A stretch of 64,000 bases of DNA from Patescibacteria group bacterium (GCA_004322365.1 SCTS01000005.1:3697-67696), one strand, 5' to 3'; numbered from the stretch's first letter, positions 8,797 to 18,729 are shown. Notes: generated by a model from the sequence alone, not told the origin. A program made the numbers and translations.

Positions 8797-8984
8797 ATTG
8801 AGTGGATTTCAGTTATACCCTGTTAAATCTGGCTCAAAGCCAGCCAGCTTGAAATTTTCCCTGAAAACAGTTATATTCTATAGTATAGAGTACGCAATGA
8901 GCGGTTTTCTATACACCTAAGTCCAAGCTGGATTTAACAGGGTGTAAGAATTTCTAAGCTCGATACTCGCTAAGAACTTCTAAC

Positions 8985-9257
8985 ATGGCAACAAAAAAAG
9001 CAGCCGGCTCAGCGAAAAATCTCACAGATTCCAATCCGCAATACTTGGGCGTTAAGCTCTATGAGGGTCAAAAGGCAAAGAAAGGCTCAATCATCATCCG
9101 TCAGCGCGGTACAAAATTCATGCCAGGAAAGAATGTTGATGTAGGTAAAGACCACACACTCTATGCAGTTGAGGAAGGTACTGTTTCTTTCCGCCTCGCT
9201 CGAAAAGTTCGTTTTGATGGCTCTACCATCAAACGCAATGTCGTCGATGTAAAGTAA
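8985..9257 (+). CDS. rpmA: 50S ribosomal protein L27
   Basis: Contains [28 protein letters not shown], canonical bL27. Followed by a terminator. Confidence 0.92.
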   Translation: MATKKAAGSAKNLTDSNPQYLGVKLYEGQKAKKGSIIIRQRGTKFMPGKNVDVGKDHTLYAVEEGTVSFRLARKVRFDGSTIKRNVVDVK

Positions 9258-9279
9258 ATACCTTTCGTACGCAATAAAC

Positions 9280-9309
9280 AAAAAACTCCACATATCTGTG
9301 GAGTTTTTT
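9280..9309. terminator. bidirectional rho-independent terminator (aaaaaactccacatatctgtggagtttttt)
   Basis: Perfect hairpin between convergent genes rpmA (+) and rplI (-). Confidence 0.85.
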
Positions 9310-9757
9310 AATTAACGCCCGTCAGAGAAACAGTAAGTTCTGCAAAAGCGCTTTGAATTTTTACTTCAACTCGGTGAGATCCGAGCTTTTTTATTGGGCC
9401 ATCAACAATCAAAATTGAATCCTCAGGCACTGACATTTTAAATTGCTTCAAAATAGCTTGGGCAACTTGTTTTGCATGAATAGACTCAAAGAGCGTCCCT
9501 TTTTCATTTGCTTTGGCCTGAATTTCAATGACCTTTCCATCAATCTCAGCAAGTGCTTTTTTAGCTAAGGTGGCATCCATAGCCACTTTATCTTTTGCGC
9601 TCTGATTTCGTTTTTCAAAACTACGAACATTCTCAGCTGTAGCAGGCAAAGCCAACTTCTTTGGAATCAAGACATTCTGAGCGTACCCATCAGCCACAGT
9701 AATCAGAGTTCCCCGTTGACCTACCTTCTTAACATCGGCGAGCATTATGACTTTCAT
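9308..9757 (-). CDS. rplI: 50S ribosomal protein L9
   Basis: Starts MKVIMLADVKKVGQRGTLITVADGYAQNVLIPKKLA..., canonical bL9 N-terminus. Confidence 0.9.
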   Translation of the reverse strand: MKVIMLADVKKVGQRGTLITVADGYAQNVLIPKKLALPATAENVRSFEKRNQSAKDKVAMDATLAKKALAEIDGKVIEIQAKANEKGTLFESIHAKQVAQAILKQFKMSVPEDSILIVDGPIKKLGSHRVEVKIQSAFAELTVSLTGVN

Positions 9758-9849
9758 TCCTATCAGTTTACAGGTTTCAGCTGTCAGGTGCCAGCTTTTT
9801 TTCTGAATTCAAAGCTGGAAGCTGAAAGCCGACAGCTGAAAGCTAACTC

Positions 9850-11064
9850 CTACTTTCCTGTAATCAAAAACTCCGCAGCCCTCTCTAGTTGAGGATCGCG
9901 CTTTGCGTCTATGTCTTCCTTAGTAACTGCCACTTCAATATCAGGAACTATGCCCTCATGAGAAATAGAGATTCCATTAGGAGTTAGCCAACGAGCAATA
10001 GTTATTTTTAATGAAGTATCTGCGGTTACATTAAAAAGTTGCTGTACCGATCCTTTACCGAATGATTTTCCGCCAATAAGAGTTGCCTTGCCATGATCAC
10101 GGAGTGCCCCCGCTAGAATCTCTGATGCGGAAGCAGAGCCTTCGTCAATTAAAATCGCAAATTTTACCTTGTCAGAAAAAACATCATACCCACGACTTCG
10201 ACTCACATCAGGAGCCTGCTTAGAACCAAAATCTTCAGTAACTATCACCTTCCCTACTGGCAAAAACCAACTAGCAATGTCAACGGCCACCTCCAAGTAG
10301 CCACCAGGGTTACCGCGAAGATCAATAATCATTTTATTGGAACCTGAATCAGCAAACTCACGAATAGCCTGACGGAACTTCTCGGGAGCATTTGCATTAA
10401 ATGTAAAGAGACGGATTACAAACACACCATCAGGGCGCGATGTTGTCTTAATGGTTGGGAGGTTAATAGTGGCTCGAACGAGCGTCACATCAAATGGAGC
10501 GTCTTTGCCACGAATCACTGTGATAGTGACTGGCGTACCAATTTCTCCTCGAATAACACTGACTGCATCATCAACAGATATGCCAACAGTATCTTTACCT
10601 TCAATTTTTAGAATGACATCCCCACTCCTCATTCCAGCCTTTGATGCAGGTGTACCTTCAAGTGGCGCTACTACGGTAAGTATTCCATCTTTAAGACCTA
10701 ACTCCATCCCAACACCGCCAAAATCACCTTGAACTTGACTATCAAAAAGTTTTTTCTCTTTTGGAGGGAAAAAGGTTGTATAAGGATCACCATAAGAAGC
10801 GGCGAGGCCTTCTATCATTCCCCACAACCTGTCTTCATCAGTGCTCGCTGCTGTAGTGGTGGATGGAGTAAAATTTTGATCAAGTAATTCCCACGCCTTA
10901 AATAACGGCTGCAAATCAGCTTTTGAATGATCGGTGGCACCACGCGCCTGAGTTGTCCAAGGAACCATTCCTCCAGCTTCTGTACCAACAAAGAAGGCAA
11001 CAATGGCAACAAGTACTACCGCTATCAGTGCAGTGCGAAGTCCAATCTTAGAATTCTCTTTCAT
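9850..11064 (-). CDS. ctpA: carboxyl-terminal processing protease (S41 family, CtpA/Prc-like) with PDZ domain
   Basis: N-terminal TM anchor. PDZ region (GDVILKIEGKD). S41 catalytic motifs DLRGNPGGY and a Ser/Lys dyad context. Confidence 0.9.
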   Translation of the reverse strand: MKENSKIGLRTALIAVVLVAIVAFFVGTEAGGMVPWTTQARGATDHSKADLQPLFKAWELLDQNFTPSTTTAASTDEDRLWGMIEGLAASYGDPYTTFFPPKEKKLFDSQVQGDFGGVGMELGLKDGILTVVAPLEGTPASKAGMRSGDVILKIEGKDTVGISVDDAVSVIRGEIGTPVTITVIRGKDAPFDVTLVRATINLPTIKTTSRPDGVFVIRLFTFNANAPEKFRQAIREFADSGSNKMIIDLRGNPGGYLEVAVDIASWFLPVGKVIVTEDFGSKQAPDVSRSRGYDVFSDKVKFAILIDEGSASASEILAGALRDHGKATLIGGKSFGKGSVQQLFNVTADTSLKITIARWLTPNGISISHEGIVPDIEVAVTKEDIDAKRDPQLERAAEFLITGK

Positions 11065-11209
11065 TGTTTCCTATTATGCCACACTCGAGTAGGTGTCAGG
11101 TTTTAGGTTACAGGTTTCAGCGTGTGGATACTAAACCGAGAAGCTCAAACCCTCTCCCCTGAAAGCTGAAAGCTGGCACCTGAAAGCTCATCAAAACAGG
11201 TATACTGTT

Positions 11210-12127
11210 TTGATGATAAACCGTTACGAATACGAGGGCATAACTTGGATAGACATAGAAAATCCAACCGCTGATGAAATTGCCGAGGTTGGGCAAGAAT
11301 TCAACCTTGGTCTATTGCTCCGACAAGAATTGTTAGCGCCAACAATAAAGCCCCGTGTAGATTTATATCCTGAGATTGTCTACACACTTCTTCATTTCCC
11401 AGCACGAAGACACACTCACAATGCACAAGAAAGTCAGGAGGTCGATTTCGTTATCGGCAAACACTTCATCATTACGGTGCATTATGACACCATTGATGCT
11501 CTTGTTGATTTTGCTCGATCATTTGAAGCAGCGATGCTTCTTAAGCGCACGACAGGAAAATTCCACAGTGGGCATGTACTTTTGGAACTTACGCAACGAC
11601 TCTACCAAGAAGTTGAATACGAATTAGATTCACTTGAAGATTCTGTAACTGCAATTGAAACAGCAATATTCTCAGGACACGAGAAAGATATGGTCTTAGC
11701 AATATCGCGCGTCACCCGTGAACTCATCGATCAAAAACGCACACTCTCTATGCATGCTGAGGTGCTTGCCTCCTTAGAACAAGCGACCACTACTTTATTC
11801 GGTGAACACTTCACCGAATATCTCCGTGGAGTATCTGCATTCCACTACCGTGCACATCAACGAGCACTTGCCATGATGGATATCGTCACCGAACTTCGAA
11901 AAACAAATGACTCCCTCTTGACCACACGCCAAAACGAAATCACAAAAAACCTTACTATCATGGCATTCATCACCTTTCCGCTTTCCGTGGTAGCGGCAGT
12001 GTTCGGGATGAATACTGAACACACACCGATCGTCGGATCCCAGAATGGTTTCTGGATTATCACGGGAGCCATGGTCGTCCTTACCGCAGTCTTTTTCATC
12101 TACTTTAAGATTAAGAAGTGGTTCTAG
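11210..12127 (+). CDS. corA: CorA-family Mg2+/Co2+ transporter
   Basis: C-terminal two TM helices with the GMN signature (VFGMNTEHTP). 305 aa is typical. Confidence 0.85.
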   Translation: MMINRYEYEGITWIDIENPTADEIAEVGQEFNLGLLLRQELLAPTIKPRVDLYPEIVYTLLHFPARRHTHNAQESQEVDFVIGKHFIITVHYDTIDALVDFARSFEAAMLLKRTTGKFHSGHVLLELTQRLYQEVEYELDSLEDSVTAIETAIFSGHEKDMVLAISRVTRELIDQKRTLSMHAEVLASLEQATTTLFGEHFTEYLRGVSAFHYRAHQRALAMMDIVTELRKTNDSLLTTRQNEITKNLTIMAFITFPLSVVAAVFGMNTEHTPIVGSQNGFWIITGAMVVLTAVFFIYFKIKKWF

Positions 12128-12152
12128 ACCCGGAACGGGTCAGGTACTAGGT

Positions 12153-12192
12153 GCTAGGCGATGCTTCATCGGATCCGAAGGGATCATTTAGC
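12153..12192. repeat. family-C 40-bp repeat, copy 2 (gctaggcgatgcttcatcggatccgaagggatcatttagc)
   Basis: 4 copies in the window, all sharing the core atcggatccgaagggatca. Flanked by family-A heptamer arrays. Confidence 0.8.
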
Positions 12193-12321
12193 TTTTTGGA
12201 GCTGAGTTTTATGCTAGAACCTAGCCCCCAGCACCTAGTACCTATTCCTCCTTCTGTGTAAAACTCAGTGTACAAACCTCCGCATAACGGCTCTTTTTAT
12301 AGATTTCTTTAAAAACGACGA

Positions 12322-13719
12322 GTGCTACAATGCACTGCTATGGCAAACCAAGGTGCACGAATCCCTCCACAATCCACTGAAGCAGAGCGAGCACTTTTAG
12401 GCTCAGTGATGATCAAGCCTGACTCAATTCATGAAGTCACCGACTTCGTTTCTTCTGATTCTTTTTACGTAGAAAAACATCGTCTTATTTACCGAGCGTT
12501 CACTGATCTTACGACCGGCGGTAATCCTATTGACCTATTGTCTACCGCCAATCGTCTTAAAGAAACAAATGACTTAGAGCGTGCCGGTGGTAACGCATAC
12601 TTGGCTGAACTCGTGAGCGCAGTACCAAGCTCAGCAAACCTCAAACACTATGCTGAAATTGTTCAGAAAAAATCAATGATGCGTTCTCTCATTTCTGCAT
12701 CGTCAGACATTGGCGAGATGGGCTATGACGAATCGCAAGATATTGATGAATTATTGAATAGTGCTGAAAAAAGAATTTACGAAGTAACAAGCTCTCCTTC
12801 TGTTAGAAAGTTCGTCGCCATTGGAGATGCACTTGGAGAAGCGTGGGAGCGTTTTGATAACCTCCACAAAGGCGAATACCAAATGCGTGGCATTCCCACC
12901 GGCTTTGATGCCCTCGACAACATGCTTGCTGGCTTTCAACGCTCTGACCTCATAATCCTTGCCGCTCGTCCTTCCGCAGGTAAAACAGCTTTTGCCTTGG
13001 ACATTGCACGACAAACCGCCATTAAGCACGGCACACCGGTGGGAATTTTTTCACTTGAAATGAGCGCCCAACAATTGGTTGACCGTATGCTCGCAGCTGA
13101 GGCTCGAGTAGATGCATGGAAACTCCGTACTGGAAAAATTTCTACTGATGAAGAGTTTGAAAGAATTCGTGATGCCATGGGTCGTCTGTCTAAAGCTCCT
13201 ATCCATATCGATGATCAACCTGCAACAAATGCACTCGGTATGCGTTCAGCCGCTCGTCGATTAAAACGAGAGCACGGTATTGGCCTCCTTGTGGTTGACT
13301 ACCTCCAGCTTATGAGCCCAACATCGTCTCGCTCATCAGACTCAATGGTTCAGCAAGTCACCGAAATCTCTCGTTCTCTAAAAACCCTCGCTCGTGAACT
13401 CGATGTTCCTGTACTTGCACTCTCCCAGCTTTCGCGTGCCATTGAACAAAGGCGAGGTCGTCCTCGCCTCTCAGACCTTCGTGACTCAGGCTCAATCGAG
13501 CAGGACGCAGACGTCGTTATGTTCATTCACAATGAAGATAGGTACAACGACAACAAAGAAGAGCGCAGTAATGTTACTGAAATCTTGATTGAAAAACACC
13601 GCAATGGTCGCACAGGGAAAATAGATCTCTTCTTCGATGTAGAACGAGCAACCTTCCTTCCTATTGAAAAATCAGGCTTCAGTGGAGGAGTGCCGGGAAA
13701 TGCTCAGGATGATTTTTGA
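12322..13719 (+). CDS. dnaB: replicative DNA helicase DnaB
   Basis: Walker A (ARPSAGKTAF), RecA-like motifs (VVDYLQLM, SQLSR). 465 aa. Possible alternative start at 12340 (MANQG). A TACAAT -10-like box lies about 15 nt upstream. Confidence 0.92.
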   Translation: MLQCTAMANQGARIPPQSTEAERALLGSVMIKPDSIHEVTDFVSSDSFYVEKHRLIYRAFTDLTTGGNPIDLLSTANRLKETNDLERAGGNAYLAELVSAVPSSANLKHYAEIVQKKSMMRSLISASSDIGEMGYDESQDIDELLNSAEKRIYEVTSSPSVRKFVAIGDALGEAWERFDNLHKGEYQMRGIPTGFDALDNMLAGFQRSDLIILAARPSAGKTAFALDIARQTAIKHGTPVGIFSLEMSAQQLVDRMLAAEARVDAWKLRTGKISTDEEFERIRDAMGRLSKAPIHIDDQPATNALGMRSAARRLKREHGIGLLVVDYLQLMSPTSSRSSDSMVQQVTEISRSLKTLARELDVPVLALSQLSRAIEQRRGRPRLSDLRDSGSIEQDADVVMFIHNEDRYNDNKEERSNVTEILIEKHRNGRTGKIDLFFDVERATFLPIEKSGFSGGVPGNAQDDF

Positions 13720-13726
13720 TTAAAAA

Positions 13727-13770
13727 GCTGTCAGGCGATTCTTAATCGGATCCGAAGGGATCACCTAGCT
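13727..13770. repeat. family-C repeat, copy 3
   Basis: gctgtcaggcgattcttaatcggatccgaagggatcacctagct. Confidence 0.75.
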
Positions 13771-13833
13771 GTTAGCTTTCAGTGTTCAGCGTTTTCACTT
13801 CTTAAATCAAATAAATACAGATATTAAAAATAT

Positions 13834-13875
13834 CTGTATAGTATAATTTAACGACCGTTAAATTATACTATACAG
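13834..13875. repeat. family-B palindrome, copy 2 (ctgtatagtataatttaacgaccgttaaattatactatacag)
   Basis: Perfect 42-bp palindrome between dnaB and recR. Preceded by a second small palindrome, cagatattaaaaatatctg. Confidence 0.8.
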
Positions 13876-13929
13876 TTACAAACAAGAAAAAGCTGGCACC
13901 TGTAAGATGTAAGCTGTAAGCTAGTTGTT

Positions 13930-14529
13930 ATGTCTCGTCCTACACAAGACCTCATTGAACATATTGCTGAATTCCCTGGCATTGGCCCAAGGCAAGCTCG
14001 TCGTGTGGTGCAATTTCTTCTCTCTGCTGGGGCACCATTTCGTGAAAAGTTAGCACAGCTCATCATCGACTCAGGTACATCCACTTCACCTTGCACAATA
14101 TGTTTTCGTTTTGATGACGCTAAGGACTCAGGTGTATGCTCAATTTGTTCTGACGGCTCACGCGACCACACAACATTGATGGTGGTTGAAAAAGATATCG
14201 ACATAGAGGGCATAGAAGGCTCAGGGGCGTATAGAGGAATCTATTTCATTCTAGGAGGACTCAAAACTATGACTGAGAGAAAGAACTCTCGAATGGTACG
14301 AACAAAAGAACTACTAGAGCGTGTAGCAAAAAACGATACGAAAGAAATTATTTTTGCACTTTCAACCACACCTGAGGGTGACTACACTGCTCGCGAACTT
14401 TCAAAAGAAATACAAAAAGCACATCCAGGTAAAAAAGTAACCCTTCTTGGGCGAGGGCTTTCAGTAGGAGCAGAAATAGAATACGCGGACTCGGAAACAC
14501 TCCGAAGTGCTTTTAGAAATCGGTCTTAA
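13930..14529 (+). CDS. recR: recombination protein RecR
   Basis: HhH (FPGIGPRQARR), C4 zinc finger (CTICFRFDD...CSICSD), Toprim region. 199 aa. Confidence 0.9.
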   Translation: MSRPTQDLIEHIAEFPGIGPRQARRVVQFLLSAGAPFREKLAQLIIDSGTSTSPCTICFRFDDAKDSGVCSICSDGSRDHTTLMVVEKDIDIEGIEGSGAYRGIYFILGGLKTMTERKNSRMVRTKELLERVAKNDTKEIIFALSTTPEGDYTARELSKEIQKAHPGKKVTLLGRGLSVGAEIEYADSETLRSAFRNRS

Positions 14530-14706
14530 ATACGGGTGCGATTTTGCTTTCGACGCGCATGACGTCCAACTAACTTGTCCGCTCGCTCTTCAGGCATACC
14601 GCCAGGCAAAAGACCATCAAATCCTGACAACCAAGCCTTCAAAAAAGAACCAAAAAGACTAGTGGCTGGAATACGACTTCGTTCAGGAAGTAATGGCATA
14701 AACAAA

Positions 14707-14901
14707 TTATTTTTTAAAAAGACCAGCAAAAAATCGTCTTACTTTTTCTCCATTAGAGGCTTTGTAGATATTTTCATATCTTTGGGCAGCACGTTCTGCT
14801 CTACCAGGAGGTAATCCACGCTGGAGATACTCGGACTCTATACCGTGTAAAAAGAAATTAGACATAGCAAACGAACGAAAGGAAAACTTAAACAGTCTCA
14901 A
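14707..14901 (-). CDS. hypothetical small basic protein (uncertain; region 14530-14887 has two overlapping small ORFs)
   Basis: ORFs of 64 and 67 aa on the minus strand downstream of rplU. No motif recognised. Could be a degraded gene. Confidence 0.2.
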   Translation of the reverse strand: MRLFKFSFRSFAMSNFFLHGIESEYLQRGLPPGRAERAAQRYENIYKASNGEKVRRFFAGLFKK

Positions 14902-15199
14902 TCTTGACCTTCATGTTGGGCTGTTTGTGCCCTCGTTTCTTGTAGTATCGGCTTTTTGCTTTGTACTTTACGACGACAACTTTAGGAGCGCGCCCTACCA
15001 CGAGGACGGTACCAGTAACTTTTGCGCCTGAAACGGTTGGATCACCCACTGATGCTTTTGTTCCGTCGTCAGTAAAAAGGACAGCATCAAAGGTGATTTT
15101 GTCGTCCTTCTTGACATCGGCTATTTTTTCAATCGTAATCAAAGAACCCTCTTTTACAAGGTACTGCTTCCCTCCTGTCTTTATAACCGCAATATTCAT
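14888..15199 (-). CDS. rplU: 50S ribosomal protein L21
   Basis: Internal start MNIAVIKTGGKQYLVKEGSLITIEKI... is canonical bL21. The track ORF extends upstream to 15280, but the conserved N-terminus begins at the Met at 15199. Confidence 0.85.
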   Translation of the reverse strand: MNIAVIKTGGKQYLVKEGSLITIEKIADVKKDDKITFDAVLFTDDGTKASVGDPTVSGAKVTGTVLVVGRAPKVVVVKYKAKSRYYKKRGHKQPNMKVKIETV

Positions 15200-15242
15200 A
15201 TCAGAGCATCGTACCAAAAAAGCCTTAAAAAGCAACCCTCTA

Positions 15243-15494
15243 CTAGCCGGTAAAGCCCTCTCTACCAAGGGAACCCTCAATCAATTCAGGACGCAAGACT
15301 GTCTTTGTGGGATGGAATAGTCGTCGCACAAATCTCTCTGCAGTAGTAGATGCTAAACCTACTTTTCCTCTGCGAAATAGTGCCGCCCAAAAGACCGTCC
15401 TCTTAACGGCATGGCCATCCAGAATCGGTTTTAGAGAATCCTCATCAGTAAAAAATCTGTCGTGCTGGAGCCAAGAGTCTAGATTTTTTGACAT
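15243..15494 (-). CDS. hypothetical protein
   Basis: 83-aa ORF upstream of rplU. No motif recognised. Confidence 0.25.
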   Translation of the reverse strand: MSKNLDSWLQHDRFFTDEDSLKPILDGHAVKRTVFWAALFRRGKVGLASTTAERFVRRLFHPTKTVLRPELIEGSLGREGFTG

Positions 15495-15570
15495 AATTTA
15501 AAGACTACTCTACCGCAAGTGGGACTTCCTGTCATCATTCGCTCGGTAGTATCCAAGCCACGATCTTCAT

Positions 15571-15612
15571 GTTCGTACCTGTATAGTATAATCTAACGGT
15601 CGTTAGATTATA
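15571..15612. repeat. family-B palindrome, copy 3 (ctgtatagtataatctaacggtcgttagattatactatacag)
   Basis: Carries mirrored (compensatory) substitutions relative to copy 2. Lies 3' of glmS. Confidence 0.8.
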
Positions 15613-15747
15613 CTATACAGGTCTTTTGACTCTTAATTCGGCCATTTGATTTAAGGGGTGGAACAGCTGACACCTATTCTACGCAAGCAAAGCTTCCTCT
15701 CATCGTTCGTTCGGGAATATTCAAACCTAGCACCTAACATCTCCTAT

Positions 15748-17568
15748 TTATTCTACGGTGACTGATTTCGCAAGATTGCGAGGACGGTCTACATTAAGGC
15801 CCTTGTCTGCCGCAAAGTGATACGCAAAGAGTTGAAGCGCAATGATAGAAAGCACTACTGAGAGTTCTTCCGATGCTTTTGGAATGTAGATAACATGATC
15901 AGAGACCTCTTTGATTTTCTCATCACCAGCAGTTGCAATAGCAATCACAGGCCCTTTACGTGTGCGTATCTCAATCATATTAGAAACAGTTTTCTCGTAC
16001 ACTGAATCTTGAGGAACCACAGCGACTGTTGGGAAATTTTCATCAATCATTGCCAAAGGGCCGTGTTTCATCTCCCCTGCCCCATAGCCTTCTGCATGAA
16101 CATATGAAACTTCTTTTAGCTTCAGCGCTCCTTCTAAGGCTGCTGGATAGCTAAACTTACGCCCAATAAACAGGAAGTCTCGTGAGTCTTTATATACACT
16201 GGCAACCTTACGAATTTCCTCAGATTGCTCTAATACTTTTTTTGCTAACTCTGGCAAACTCTTAAGTGCATTAGCTAGTGCAACACCATCATCTTTAGAA
16301 AGTGAGCGAGTACGGCCAAGGAAGAGTGCAACAAGTGAAAGAATAACCACTTGAGAAACAAGAGCCTTGGTGGAAGCAACACCAATTTCGGGACCTGCAT
16401 GGTTATACACTCCAGCGTCTGTCTCACGGGCAATAGTAGAGCCAACAGTATTCACAATGCCAAGAGTAAGTGCGCCATGTCGCTTCGCTTCACGAATAGC
16501 TTCAAGTGTATCGAGAGTCTCGCCTGACTGGGAGATTGCCAAGACTGCGGTGTTTGGTCTGATAACTGGCTTTCTATAACGAAATTCCGAAGCAAGTTCC
16601 ACTTCAACAGGAACACCAGCAAGGGATTCAATTAGATACTCACCAATGAGTCCTGCGTAGTATGCGGTTCCACAACCAACAATAATAAGTCTGTCGATAT
16701 TTTGAAGCTCCTTTTCAACTGCTTCTAGTCCGCCAAGTTTTGCCTTCCCTTCTTCCATAATAAGTCTGCCTCGAAGTGCATTCTCTATAACCTCAGGTGA
16801 TTCCATCATCTCTTTCAGCATGAAATGTGGGTATCCTCCGCGTGATGCCTCTCCAACATCCCAAGTAATGGTTTCAGACGGGCGATCAACCTCGGTTTCC
16901 AAAAGCGTACGCACACGGTGTATTGTAGGCGTGATAATCGCAACATCTCCATCGGAGAGAAACATCATTTGCTTCGTGTGTTTCAAAATTGGCGTTGCAT
17001 CAGAAGCAATAAAATTTTCTCCGTCTCCAAGACCTACAACAACAGGAGAACCCATTCGTGCAGTAATAATGGTGTCGGGATCTTTTGCATAGGAAATCAG
17101 AAGACCATAAGTACCTCGGAGTTTCTTCAAGGTATCAATAACTGCATCTTCAAAATTAAGTTTGTCTTTCAGAGCTCCTTCAATAAGGTGCGCAATGACT
17201 TCAGTGTCTGTTTCTGATTTGAACGTATGACCTCCAGCTACAAGCTCTTCTTTAAGTTCACGGAAGTTTTCAATAATGCCGTTATGTATAACAAACACAT
17301 CTCCATCACAGTCGCCATGCGGGTGTGCATTCACTTCATTTGGGGCTCCATGCGTTGCCCAGCGTAGATGCGCTATCCCGGAAGTTGCAGGATAGTCTTT
17401 TGTCATTCTTTTCGTAAGCTCTGCAACTGCGCCGGGGGTTTTCACCACATCAAAGCCGGGCATGTATATTCCTGCAGAATCGTACCCGCGGTACTCAAGC
17501 ATTGAAAGTCCTTCGAGAAGGATTGGAGACGCTTTTTTAGAGCCAGTGTAGGCAAAGATTCCGCACAT
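15748..17568 (-). CDS. glmS: glutamine--fructose-6-phosphate aminotransferase (isomerising)
   Basis: N-terminal MCGIFAY (Ntn-hydrolase Cys2), two SIS domains, C-terminal ...VTVE. 606 aa. Confidence 0.95.
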   Translation of the reverse strand: MCGIFAYTGSKKASPILLEGLSMLEYRGYDSAGIYMPGFDVVKTPGAVAELTKRMTKDYPATSGIAHLRWATHGAPNEVNAHPHGDCDGDVFVIHNGIIENFRELKEELVAGGHTFKSETDTEVIAHLIEGALKDKLNFEDAVIDTLKKLRGTYGLLISYAKDPDTIITARMGSPVVVGLGDGENFIASDATPILKHTKQMMFLSDGDVAIITPTIHRVRTLLETEVDRPSETITWDVGEASRGGYPHFMLKEMMESPEVIENALRGRLIMEEGKAKLGGLEAVEKELQNIDRLIIVGCGTAYYAGLIGEYLIESLAGVPVEVELASEFRYRKPVIRPNTAVLAISQSGETLDTLEAIREAKRHGALTLGIVNTVGSTIARETDAGVYNHAGPEIGVASTKALVSQVVILSLVALFLGRTRSLSKDDGVALANALKSLPELAKKVLEQSEEIRKVASVYKDSRDFLFIGRKFSYPAALEGALKLKEVSYVHAEGYGAGEMKHGPLAMIDENFPTVAVVPQDSVYEKTVSNMIEIRTRKGPVIAIATAGDEKIKEVSDHVIYIPKASEELSVVLSIIALQLFAYHFAADKGLNVDRPRNLAKSVTVE

Positions 17569-17640
17569 TTGAGTAAAATTTATTGGTTAGTGAAAGGCTC
17601 AGCTAATACTACCTGAAAGATAGGCATTCGGTAACAGCAA

Positions 17641-18729
17641 TTAATCTTCATCTCGGGCAGGTGCGTCAATTATAGGCATGGCAATCCCTGGGGCATCACC
17701 AGTAATGCGCATCACATCCTTATCTATCTTCTTAAACTCCTTCCCTGAGTTATTGAAATGATTAACCACGGTACCAAGTGCATTTCCAAGTTTCGCATGA
17801 TACTCCTCAAAGGTTTTTAAGTGCTTACCAAGCTCCCCGACTCGCTGAACAATATCCTTTGCTTGCTCCTCTATTTGCATAGCACGGAGCCCCTGCAAAA
17901 CGGTCTGTAAGTACGCAAGAAATGAGGTTGGTGAGACGATGATTACCTTATACCTTCCTGCTGCACGCTGAATGAGGTTTTCTGTGTCCTCCGTTACGGC
18001 GCCAATTTTGTTGATGAGCAAATCGTAATAAATAGCTTCATGAGGAATAAACATGAACGCAAAATCCATGGTTCCTTCAGCGGGGCGAATGTATTTTGCC
18101 GTTTCTTGAATACGAAGCTTTAAGTCATTCACAAACAGTTTTTCCAATCGTAATTTCTCTGATGGGTCAGTAGCCTCCGTAAGACGATTATAGTTTTCAA
18201 GTGAGAATTTTGAATCAATTGGAATAACTTTGTCTTTCACAAACACCGCCGCATCCACTATCTCACCATTAGCAAAAGCATACTGCATTTGGTACTGCCC
18301 TGGTGGAAGAACATTTTTGAGCAATGTTTCCAAATAATACTCACCTAAAATTCCCCGTTGTTTTGGATTTTTAAGGATGTCCTGCAAGTTTTGAAGTTGA
18401 TCGGCAAACGAAACCACTTGCCTGTTAGTTTCATCGAGCTTCGTAAGACGCTCTGTAACATCGCGAATGATGCGATTGGCTTCAGTAGACTGAGCTTGGG
18501 TTGAGCGCATCAGATTCTCGGATGTCTTGTCGAGTCGCTCGTCCAGTGTTCGAGAAAGTTCGGCAATACGCTGATTTATCATAGTAACTCCCTCCCCTTG
18601 TCCGGTGTCCTTTTTTCTTGAAAGGGAAAACACTACCGCCCCAGCATTGAGAATCAAGAGTGCTACCACCAAAACAATAAGCAAAGTTTCCATCCCGTTG
18701 ATTATAACAGAGTGCCAATGTATGCTCAT
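17641..18729 (-). CDS. rmuC: DNA recombination protein RmuC
   Basis: N-terminal TM segment, long coiled-coil, conserved RmuC C-terminal region (MFIPHEAIYYDL..., IVSPTSFLAYL). The start could instead be the Met at 18693. Confidence 0.85.
   Translation of the reverse strand: MSIHWHSVIINGMETLLIVLVVALLILNAGAVVFSLSRKKDTGQGEGVTMINQRIAELSRTLDERLDKTSENLMRSTQAQSTEANRIIRDVTERLTKLDETNRQVVSFADQLQNLQDILKNPKQRGILGEYYLETLLKNVLPPGQYQMQYAFANGEIVDAAVFVKDKVIPIDSKFSLENYNRLTEATDPSEKLRLEKLFVNDLKLRIQETAKYIRPAEGTMDFAFMFIPHEAIYYDLLINKIGAVTEDTENLIQRAAGRYKVIIVSPTSFLAYLQTVLQGLRAMQIEEQAKDIVQRVGELGKHLKTFEEYHAKLGNALGTVVNHFNNSGKEFKKIDKDVMRITGDAPGIAMPIIDAPARDED

Noticed and set aside
14526-14901. Remnant rpmA (L27) or prp gene downstream of rplU
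   Set aside because: Neither of the two overlapping small ORFs resembles bL27 (no GGSTRNGRD…RQRGT) or Prp. An intact rpmA exists at 8985..9257.
16367-17217. Several + strand ORFs (70–99 aa) antisense to glmS
   Set aside because: They lie entirely within a high-confidence conserved gene on the opposite strand. No motifs.
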